Origin: Pocillopora damicornis
Taxonomy: Eukaryota
Assembly: GCF_003704095.1 (NCBI RefSeq)
Contig: NW_020847607.1
Coordinates: 248,001 to 312,000 of the forward strand
DNA length: 64,000 nucleotides
Direction of reading: 5' to 3'
Shown: piece by piece, positions 25,901 through 36,743 of the stretch
How positions within the stretch are numbered: position 1 is the first letter of the stretch
Layout: each line of letters opens with the position of its first letter
Made by a program: the position numbers and the translations under genes
Notes under the pieces: generated by a model
What the model saw: only the letters and a program-made list of their open reading frames with translations
Databases searched by the model: none
Told to the model about the DNA's origin: nothing

Positions 25901-28900
25901 CTCCTGCAATGGCCAGTGGTAAATTTGGGGAGGCAAACTTGACAGGAAATTGCATAACAGGATTAACCCCTGTAAGTGGAATTATACAGAGGCCCTATCA
26001 GTGTGGTCGGATATGATAGCAGATTAGTTCACTCAAAGAGATACTGTCAATTTCTGATTTGTTCTGCCTTTGTGAATTTCAAAACAAGTTTTGCCAAAAT
26101 AGCATATGCCATAACCTTTCAATTGATGTTTAGGCATTTGTGGTGACACTTAAAATGGCATGTGAACAATTTAAATCACAAAGGACATGGGAAAGGTCTA
26201 CCACATCTTAAACTGGGTAAAACATGACTGAGAAATTATCACTTTCCGTGGAGAACTCAAAAGGATTCTGTGTGCTTTGTGCTAAGATATGTTGTAGTAC
26301 TAAACTCACTGGTTGTTTGTTGAAATACAATCATGTAAGCGAAATGGCTGTCCATTGTACTCGTAACCTGTAATTTACGAGTAGAATCCAGTTAAAGTCG
26401 ATGAAATAAAGATTTTTGGCTATGGTGACCTAAACAGTCCCAGTTTAGAGCCCTGTGCAAGAGTTATTTTCACTCGTGGATATAGGAAGCATAGGAATGA
26501 AAGTAATGTTGGGATTTAATATGCAAATTTTGTGATGTTAGCAGAGCAAGAAACTTTCTTTTCAAGTCACTTGTCCATTTGAACAAATGTGTGTTTATTT
26601 TACAACCAAAAGCTTACTAATCTGCAAAATGTCAACTAGTGGATCAGACGTGGAATTCACTCATAAATTAATGGTTTAACTTTGCATAAAAAATTAGACA
26701 CATGTAATGCACACAAATTGTTAATAACTATCTGTAAGCTGTACTTATTTTTATTTGTAGCAAAGATACACCCTCCTAGTTAAGTGATCGCAGTAGCATG
26801 TCACTCCCTACCAACAAATCAACTTGAAAGCTCTGTATGTATATACGAAAACAAGATCTGATGTAGAAAAATATGTCTGCAATGGGTTACTTTTTCTGGG
26901 AAATCTTGATCCATCATCATTGACGCCAGAAGGTCCCACTGTCCCATTTGTTTGCCATTTCAGGAGGCAAGATAACCTCCTGGCACGGTGTGAGTCATTT
27001 GTGAACTTTTATGGGCTAAAATCCTGCATTCGCTTTTGGGATGGATACAACCACTTTGAGGGAATTTATAGGGTGTATAGATTTACAGATTTTTGTCAAA
27101 TTTCGCCAAAACATTCCAGGGATAATGACAAAGTGAAGCATGTTGGGAAGTTTTGATATTTGAAATATTTGTCCCTTGGTGTTCAATTATGCAACACACC
27201 TTGCATATTTTTCACTACTCCAACTTAAGATGCTGATATCTAGACAATCAATCAAAATGTCATAAAGCCTGACACTCTTTTGTTGATTGATGCCTTGGGA
27301 ATAAGACTATGCAGCCATTTTGCTTGTGCTGTGGCATCTGATACCCAATTGATTCAACAGAAGAACCTTTGGTCATTTCACGCCTTACCAGCTTCTGACA
27401 CTTCTTTAAAGGAAAAGTTGCTTAAATTATATTTTTAACGTAAACAGCAGTTTGCAAGCTTTCTTCTGATGTACAATTTGCTAGGATATTAGTGAAACCA
27501 GCACACATTCAAATTTTTTCCCAAATGACACCTGCGAAGGTGGGAAGTAACCTCAATAGAGGTTCTGTTGTATTTAAACTTTTGCTCTTTGTTCTCAACA
27601 GTAACTACAGGAGGAATAATACAATATACCAACAAACCTTCAAAACCTGACAGGCGTGGCCCCACATACACACTGTTGTATTTAGTGGCTCCAATTTTTG
27701 TAATAGCAGTTATCCTGATAATTGGGTTTTTTATGTATCGCCGCCACAAAACACCATTTCCGACCCGTATCCTGGAAGAAGAACTTCTCAACTCAATCCC
27801 TCCACCATCCCCAGAGCTGGGCTTCAGACCCATTCAGCTTGTGGAAGTCATTTCACAAGGAAAGTTTGGCACAGTATGGAAAGCGGATTATCTCGAAGAT
27901 GTAGTTGCTGTTAAAGTTTTCCCAATGGCCCACCAGACTGCCTGGGTCTGTGAAAAAGATATCTTTACAACTTGCAACTTGAAACATGAAAATATTCTTA
28001 AATTTGTTGCGGTAGAGAAGCACAACAATGGCTCATGCTCTGAGCTGTGGTTGATAACAGAGTATCACGAGCATGGATCTCTTGGCGACTATCTTAAGAG
28101 CCATGTAGTAACGTGGCCAGAGCTGTGTTCAATGGCAGGAAGTATGGCTAATGGCCTTGCATATCTGCATACAGAAGTATTAGAAAGTTCTTTCAAACCC
28201 TGCATAGCCCACAGAGATTTCAAAAGTAAAAATGTGCTGGTCACAAAGGATCTAACCTGCTGTTTGTCTGATTTTGGACTGGCAATGAAGTTTGACTCTG
28301 GTGGGGATCCAGGGGAGACACATGGCCAGGTGAGTTAGGCCTCAGTGAGCTGCATAGCTTGTAGGCAAACAGCATAGGCAGCTAGGCAAAGGGAGCAGTG
28401 GGGCTACACTTGAGAGGACTTNNNNNNNNNNCCCCCCAATTTTTGTTTCTGGATATTGCTAGTGTAGTATACAATTAGTGTGGCAAAGCATTTGGTTTTA
28501 TTAGGGTTGTGCATCAGCAAAGTCCTATTTAGTATAATGTTTTTTATCATAACAGCTCTGGCCTGAGTTCTAGTAGGAAACATAAAAATGTTTTGGTAGA
28601 TTTGCATAAGGGTATGCATGCAGCTTGATATATGGAATGACCCTCCTTTGCAAAATCATTCCAGTAGGTATGATATGTGTATCATGGAAATTTTAAGGGA
28701 AATTTTTTGGTTGAAAAGAGAGCATTTTACTGATTTAATCAGTGACTTATGCCCAAAAGAGATGCTGAATTTGCAAAGTGAGCAAGCTGCAAAGTATGAT
28801 ACTTTGCCCTATTCAATGAAATAGAATGCTGAAATACCCTAAAACAAGTGATAACAGAATATCAAAGGGGTGGTATGATGGAATATCCTAAAATGCAGAA

Positions 28901-31282
28901 TTCCTTGTTGTATGAAGCAAGAAACTAACAAAAATGGAATTCCATAAAATATTAACATGAAAAGAAGCATTGCTTAATCACTATTAGAGCCTCAAGGATT
29001 GGGGAATCATGAGGCTTTCTAGCTATGTCTTTAATTTGTTAAGATATTACTATTGCTATCATTATTATTATCATTGTTAATATGATTATGGAGATGCTGC
29101 AGGTTTTCTGTTTTGCACATGAATACACTACCTTCTAGCATCACTATACTGTATGCTACATACAGTATAATGCCACAGTGCTATAAAAATTGTGCAATAT
29201 CAGTAGCCACACACAGTCTGACTGTCTATTTTTACAGGTTGGAACAAGACGTTACATGGCACCAGAAGTACTTGAAGGAGCCATCAGCTTCACAAGGGAG
29301 TCATTTTTGTACATTGATATGTATGCCTTTGCTCTGGTTCTTTGGGAGTTGATGTCCAGATGTACTGCTGCTGATGGTGAGCAAATCCATGAATACTGTA
29401 CCAGTATATTTCTCAGATGGCAGCTCATCTTCCAGGATCATTACTTTAATTAACCCTTTACACCATAACATCAGTATTGATTTTCTTCAGACTCTTCTTC
29501 ATGCATTTCCTTTGGTGTTGACAAGGACAATTCGTGTAGCAATTAAAGCTTCTTGGGTTGGCGATCATTTCAGTTATTGTCATGATGATATTAAATGATG
29601 TGGCAGTATTGCTGTGAGGAGAAATTAGATGCTGGTCACTCGTTGGGGTCAAAGAGTCAATTTTTATCAGTGAGGGTCAAAAGATCATTTATTTCATTTG
29701 ATTATGATCAGATTTCTTAATGGGAACAAAGAACCTGCAGAAATTTGCCTCACTACCAACATGTGGCTTTACAGCTCAGTTGGTTGAAGCATCCAACTGG
29801 TATCTGGATAGCATGAGTTCCTAAAGCCGGAATATTTTTAGCCTTATAGCCTACAAATGAGGATCTTTTTTTTAATTGAGCATTATGCGCAGTTCACAAT
29901 ATGATTTATTTCAATGGGTTGGAATATTATAAATACTTTATTTCCACATGCCACAAAGAGTATTTTTCCTTGGTTCTAAAGTGGAGAATATTTTTTTGTC
30001 AGGTCCTGTTGATGAATACAAGTTGCCATTTGAAGAAGAAATAGGATCACATCCTTCCTTAGAGGACATGCAACAAGTTGTAGTACAGCAAAAGATCAGA
30101 CCTAAATTCCGACCAGACTGGTTTGTCCACTCGGTACAAACATTTACCTTTTACTCTCTAACACCAGAGAATTTAAGAAAGATGTTTTTCATCTTGTCAC
30201 GAGCATGGGACAAATAAAAATTCTGAGTCCCCATGAGGAATCAAACTTCAGACCTTCGGATGGTCTGTATCCGAAGGTCTGAGGTTTGATTCCTCGTGGG
30301 GACTCAGAATTTTTTTTTTGTCCCACGCTCCTGACAAGACGAAAAACATCTTTCTTAATTCCTTACCGAGCTCAAAAACTTACCATCTCTATTATCTCTA
30401 TCAACACCAGAGAATTTGTTCGACAATCAAAAGCTTCTTTAGTTGGTGACCGTTTCCTTTATTTGCATGACCTTATTATTTGATTCAGGGGTGATACTGT
30501 GTGGAAAAATGAGATGCTAGTTACTCTTAGGAGTCAAAGGGTTTTGTAGCATCCCTTTGGTGGTTTCAATAACATGATACAAATAGGTACATGCAGTGAG
30601 AATAGCAGGCAGCTAGTTTTGAAGGCCTTGAGAATCTCCTGTTCCACAGGAGATGCAGATTCCCCATGGAAAGTTTGAAGTTCTGGACTCTTTCTGTGGC
30701 ATTTTTCTGCATTTGGAGGTCCATTTAAAATTAAACATGCGGTTTTTGATAATAGTGAACAGTTTAAACCAGAAATCTTACTTGAAAGAAATCAGTTTGA
30801 ATTTAAGATGCTATCATTTGCATGGTATAGTTTTGTCAAGATTTTAAATCAGGATTGGTTTAGAGAAACTGCAGATAAGAATTTTTTTTTTTTTTTTGAC
30901 AATCAGGAGCTTCTTAAAATGTTCATCATTTTCTTCATCCTCTACCTTTATATTTGGTTCAGTGGTGATACTTTAATGAGAAATTAGAAGCTAGTCACTC
31001 TTAAGGTTTAAAGTGTTCAGGGAGTTGTGGTATTCATAAAAATGTCTCAGAATACTAAATGATTGATTGTTATTTTGTACCTAGAATATGGCGAGCCTTC
31101 TTCAAACTATTGAAGAATGTTGGGATCAAGATGCAGAGGCTAGGTTAACAGCTCAGTGTGTCGCAGAAAGGTTATCTCAATTCAACACAAATTCAAGCTT
31201 CGATTTGGCGCATTCTCCCACTGTTACAACAGTAGTTAACAACACCAACATTACTCCATCTTCAAAAGAGTCATCAATATAA
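19917..31282 (+). CDS. ACVR2: Activin receptor type II, 6 exons, 529 aa
   Basis: Exons 19917-19974 (signal peptide [19 protein letters not shown]), 24146-24481 (ectodomain [19 protein letters not shown]), 27602-28329 (TM, PPPSP, kinase [20 protein letters not shown]), 29238-29376 ([23 protein letters not shown]), 30003-30133 ([19 protein letters not shown]), 31085-31282 ([16 protein letters not shown] stop). All GT-AG, phases 1,1,0,1,0, total 1590 nt. Confidence 0.95.
29450..29660. mobile_element. TTAA-MITE family copy in ACVR2 intron 4
   Basis: ttaaccctttacacc start, degenerate ggggtcaaagagtcaa end; body similar to 8053-8265. Confidence 0.65.
29735..29910 (+). mobile_element. Degenerate tRNA-derived SINE-like fragment
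   Basis: A-box-like cagctcagttggttgaagcat within an intron; no intact cloverleaf. Confidence 0.45.
30175..30402. mobile_element. Fold-back tRNA-SINE insertion with 15-bp TSD
   Basis: Flanked by aacaccagagaattt at 30160-30174 and 30403-30417; about 87-bp inverted arms around a 7-nt loop; arms match the SINE at 60744-60864. Confidence 0.8.
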
Positions 31283-34049
31283 ACAAGAGTAAAAAAATAA
31301 TGCAATGTGAAGCATCCTTAGGGAGCAGCGAGTCAGTAAGGTGAGTATCAGGAATACATTCACCTGTAAAAGAGTCAGGAAACTCAGAGTTTTAAACACT
31401 GTGGATCAGAGTTTGTGTACAAGGCAGCAAATGGATACAATACAGTGAACAAACAAAAATCAAGCCAAAGATCTTCGCCATTCAGCCAGCAAATGGGTAC
31501 TGTGTGCTGTTCGTTGTTTGATCAATTTGTCCTCTTCAACATATTTTAAGACCATCACGACATATTTAGTAATCAGTGGTTAACACCCCTATTAATTTTT
31601 TAAGTAAGCATTTTGGTGGTACTGGTACATTTTAATTCAAACAAGAACACGGCATCAACACTAAAACTACTGGTAACTAGAACTTTAGGTAATTAAGAAA
31701 GCTGAACAAAGTTATTGGGCTTTATTTCTTTTTCTACTTCTCCTTGCAAACAGGTTCTTATTTTAAAGACTGGTGTACCATACTTTTAAACTGTTATTTA
31801 CTAGCCGTATGTAGATACATTTATTTTATTAACTGAAGGTGCAATATTTATCCATCATTGATTGTGACGATCTCACTGATCTTTATCCTAGTGATGTGAA
31901 TTTGCTATGATATCAATATTAAGGGAAAGGGAAAACTTAAATTGGTCATTTTGTTACCAGGATAATTACCTGGTATGTTGAAGTTTGTTGATTATGCTAT
32001 TTATACAGGGTTGTCAAAAGATTCCTAGCAATTGGTGCCTTTCAACGCCTACTGAAAAGCATGCCGGCTGTCGTGAATGCTTGTGGCACAAGTTTCAGCA
32101 TTGAAGCATGACCTTGTGTGGCCTCTTTTGAATCCCAAACTCATTACTCAAATTCTTTTTTGACAATCCTGTTACATGAGTGTTACATTAGTGGATGGAG
32201 TATTCTACAGATGTGTCCTCTCCGTTCAGTTGAACCATTTCCTATTTATCCAAAATCAGTAATAGCAGGTTGCGCTTGATACTAGAGCAGTAATTTTCAA
32301 AATGGATGCAGAGAAATTAATTTTGTTGGTGTCCGTGAAGAGGAAGCCTCTGACTAGAGAGAAACTCTATTGTTCTGATAATCCCCCAAGTACCTCTAGT
32401 AACACAATTAGTCTCCTCAGGCTCGGTTATTATAGTCAATTAGTCGCCATGGTCTTGTCTGAGGGATTAATTTGACAATATTTGTCTCTTCTGGGGCAGA
32501 GAATTGGCCTATGGCCATCTTTGAATATTTGTGAATCGTCTCAAGTGTGTGATAAATTAAGTGAAAGCTAACATGTGATTAGGTACTTAATCTGCATGTT
32601 GTCTTAAAGAAGATTGAGAAAGGAAACTTTACCATTCCGTATCTTCATGTCCATGTAAAACCATTTTTTCTTGTTTTCAGTATCCTACAGAGAAAAGTAC
32701 GTTGATAGATGATCTGAATTGGACAATTTTAAAATTCTGTTCTCCTGATCCTTCAGTCACTTGGACAGTTTCCCAGATACTTCAAAGCAATGATAAATTA
32801 TTACTGAACTATTAATTATCAACTAAGCATTCATTTTGCGTAAAATAATCCAGCGTGTTAATCAATACATCTCAAAATAAAATACTTTTCGCAATATCTC
32901 CATGTTCAAACCCAAATGTGCTGGCATAATAATTAATTCCTTTGCTAAAAGATTGACCATTTTATCTTTTAAGGGGGTGGGGAAGGGGATGAAAGTATCA
33001 TCAAAAAATTACTCTCCTGGAAAAGAAAATCAAAGAAAACATTTGTCTCACAAAACTGCTAAAAACAGCAACATTTATTATAATTTTGCCCCTCCATAAC
33101 TAAAATGGTTCAAAGTCCTCAATGTCTAATATATTGTCCATTGTCAAAGAAAACAATTGTGACTGTATCTATATCAAGGTAATATTCTCTAGTTATTTGT
33201 TACACCAAGGCTGAAAAAATTTAAATGTGAACGGGAAAGAATATGGTCTTTCCTATTTCAGAGATATGTACCCAATAATAATCAAAGTTGTACAGAAAAG
33301 ACAACAATCTCTTGTTACTGTAAATAGTTTTAAGTATTTTTACTACGCATTTATCATATTGTTGTTATATTCTACAATTCGATGTCTTACGATTCGCATT
33401 TATCGCGGTCTGTAAATAGAGTTCTTCTGATACAGCTCGGTAAGAGCTCCTGAATTAACGAAGCTTTTATCCAGGTCCCGCACTTGCCCAAGGCAAGAGA
33501 GGGCCCTGGGTACGGCAATGAATAAAACCATATCATCAGTTTGAAAATAAGAAAAGGTTGAACTATTAAACTTGGAAACGTCTATGTAGTTATACATGTG
33601 TGCTGTGATCTGTTATCCTTATAACGGAAACGAACCTTGCGAGTGCGTTACATGTATAAGGAGATGGAACAAACTCTTTCGGAGTGATTTGTTATAGGAA
33701 ACGTTTCCTGGCGACGCGCGTGTTTTTTACGCGCCACTCACTCCACTCTGCCTGTCTCGTTCGGTGCGCGCCTCATTATTGACCACCTTCTTGGTTGTAT
33801 GCATGTGTGATCAAAGCCTTCAAAGATTCCATGTTATCTGTAATGAACTCTCGCATACTTTGATAGAGGCCCGCGAAATCCCCGTGCAGCGGCTGCGCCA
33901 ACGAGCGCCTGCGCTTAAGCCCTGCTAAGAAAAGTTTATCGTTTCTTCTTCTATTATGGTTGGAATGCGTTCATATTAAAAGCTGTACCTTTCTTACTCC
34001 GCTATGATCGTAAACGTGACCGAAGAAAGTTTACAAAATGCAATTGGAG

Positions 34050-34263
34050 TTTACCCCTTCAGCCTTAACATCAGTATCCATATTCTCAATACTCTTCCCT
34101 ATAAATTCCTGTTGGTGATAACAAGGAGAATATGTGTAACAATCAAAGCCTCGTAGGTTGTCTGTAATTCCCTTTCTTCTCATGATTTTTATAGGTGATT
34201 AAGCAGAATTACTGTAAGGAGAAATAAGATGCTGGTCACTCTTAGGACTCTTAGAAGGGTTAA
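34050..34263. mobile_element. TTAA-MITE family copy
   Basis: Degenerate tttacccctt start, aagggttaa end; body similar to 8053-8265. Confidence 0.6.
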
Positions 34264-34752
34264 TTAGTCCTCTCTAAGCATCTCTCTCTTTGCCCGCGTG
34301 TACTGATTTGATTTACGAGAACCCGCATCACAGGTCGAATTCAAGCTGGCGTCGCCAGCCATAGAAGTAAGGGAGGCAGGGAATTAAGGTGACAAAGAGT
34401 GTGTTATTGTTACCTTTTTGTTTTTTAATTCTTATATTTTAAGCGTACAAAGGCTAAACAGCGATCAGTTTACAGTTACTCAAAAAATATCATAAATCAA
34501 TACAATACTGCATCGCCCGAATAAGAATTAAACCAAAAGAGAAGACAACTAAAGCAAATCGGCATCTTATATTCCCATTTTTTCTTAATCGGGCGTTAGA
34601 CTCAACAGCTCTTGCTGGGTGTCGACAAATATCTGTGACGTGCGTTTATCTTTCGATCGTTTGTGCGAAACAGACCAAACCGGCAGGCTACATGTAATTT
34701 ACGGAAAAGCTGACGAAATGGACAATGGTTGCAATGCTAAAGGTGACAAAGA

Positions 34753-36743
34753 CTAATTAGCTACTTTTACATTGATCTCGCACAAGCCAAGTGGTACATT
34801 ACAGACAAGTTGAACTGAATAAATCTCCTTCACTTTCACATCATGGCAAGTGTTGGAGAGCATTTGGTAGACTGTTGTCTCGTGCTGTCTAGCGACGCAG
34901 TCGGCATCTCCAACTTGTGTTAACTGGCCCATTTTTCGTTTGCTTACAGCTTCTTGTGAGGAAGAAACTAGCTTTGGATAAGTCTTGCGGAAAACCTCTA
35001 CGGCATCTCTCGCCTCTCCGACTGAAGCGGTTTCCTTTGAAATGATAATTTCGTCAATTTTCCTGTTGTTGTAAGTAGTTTTCAAAGTGAAACCTTGCGA
35101 CAGCAGTGGGTTTTTGGAACGCATTGCGTAAAGCTTGTATTTGGAGACCTTTGACATACGCTTATCCCTGATTGTGACAGTAAAAGACTCTTGGAAGAAC
35201 TGTTCCTCATCTCTGTAAGCTTATGAGAAGAAGAAAAGAACAGCAAATTGATAAATCGATCCAGTTTTTCTACAATTCTGTTCAGTTCTAGATGACTCAG
35301 AAGAAGTTTTAATGCGATAACGACAGAAAAAGTGGCAACCGAGCCGAAGGCGAGGAAGTTACTAATATCCGTTGTTATTTGTGCTACAATTACAACTGAA
35401 ATTTACTCACTTGAATCCTTAAATTGTATCTCAATGGGCCAGTGATCACTCACTTTCTTCGCCTGCAGAAAACAGTAATGCAGTATGTTAATTAACAGCA
35501 ACATTGCTTAACATTCTTGATTTATGAACCTCACTTTTGACCAAGACTCCGCGCAATGTGTAATCGAGTGCACCGAATAATTTCAAGGAATGATTTTGGA
35601 TGATGTTTTACTAAATATGTAGCAGTCTCCTCTCAACAGATGTCTACCGATGTCAGCAAACACTATGAAGACGACTTAAACACAAAATTGACTCAATGAA
35701 CTTACTATGGAAAATCACCTAACCTTGTCGACAGATCGAAACTTCTTGAGTCAACCAATACAGCAGTTTTCAATTGCGTGTCGAAACAACAAAACCAAAG
35801 TAATCACGACTGACAATCAGGAAAAAGGTTAAAGTCATCATCAACCAATGCGAACTCTAACTAAAAACAGGTAACTTGCTTGAAGCGCGCAAAAACGCGG
35901 GTGACCAAGTTGAGATTGGTTTTAGCTCTGCGTTTGATTGGTCGAGATAATAGCGCGCGTTTTCTGGCGACAGACAACAGTCCTTCTCTACACGATCAAA
36001 CAACAGGATGGAAACTTCAAGAGAAGCGGAACGCTGGAAAACCTTAACAAAATCCTTCATCTGAGGACAACCCGATGCAGACCTTTCTACGCTGGTTTGG
36101 TAAACATTTTTAACTTATGGAGTCATCTATAACTCCATCAAAACCTCTTATCGTTGCATAAGAATAATGTACCTCATCTTGACTCAGTCCATAAGCATCT
36201 TTGTAATTAAACACATAGGCGCTGTCTGGAAAGATTCCTCTGGTCATGTTATACCCGGCAACTACCATCCTTTAAAATACAAACAATAAGGGTTAAAACC
36301 ATGATATTACACGCTATAGTACCTGAAAGATGATAGTATTTCGTTTTCTTTGATAGGTTTTGCGTTCAGGCGAGTTTTCGACGTGAAACCTTGCGCGAAT
36401 GACACTTTCTTCCAGGGACAAAGAAAGAAATTTTGGGCTCCTATGAGGAATCCAACCTCAGACCTTTGGATTCCGTGATCTGACGCTCTACTTGTGAGCC
36501 ACAGACTCTCTGTATAGGATACTTTGACTCTATCAGCTGAATTTAATTTGGCCATGATAAAGAGGTTCTGAATCTGACGTTTCGAACGTTAGCCCGTCGT
36601 GAGAGTGCTCTGACGAAGGATAAACGCTCGAACGGTGAGCTTTAGAAACTCTATACGGTAGCAATGCACATTATCAACTCAGTTAGTTGTGTCTTTACCA
36701 AATTTACCTGTCATACGGGCAATCGGACTTCGCAACTGTAGTG
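34753..36743 (-). CDS. DNASE1: DNase I family, copy A, 3' part (end of exon 6 and exons 7-9) with a ~155-aa C-terminal extension
   Basis: 36743-36708 (TTVAKSDCPYDR, cut by gap), 36269-36173 (MVVAGYNMTRGIFPDSAYVFNYKDAYGLSQDE), 35462-35411 (AKKVSDHWPIEIQFKDS), 35219-34753 (terminal exon; the frame requires the AAG acceptor). Confidence 0.85.
36415..36510 (-). mobile_element. tRNA-SINE fragment
   Basis: Reverse match to the 60744-60864 SINE head; absent from the equivalent intron of DNase copy B. Confidence 0.6.

Noticed and set aside
3215-31282. Both receptor CDSs total exactly 1590 nt
   Set aside because: Individual exon lengths all differ and the ACVR2 total depends on acceptor choice; treated as coincidence.
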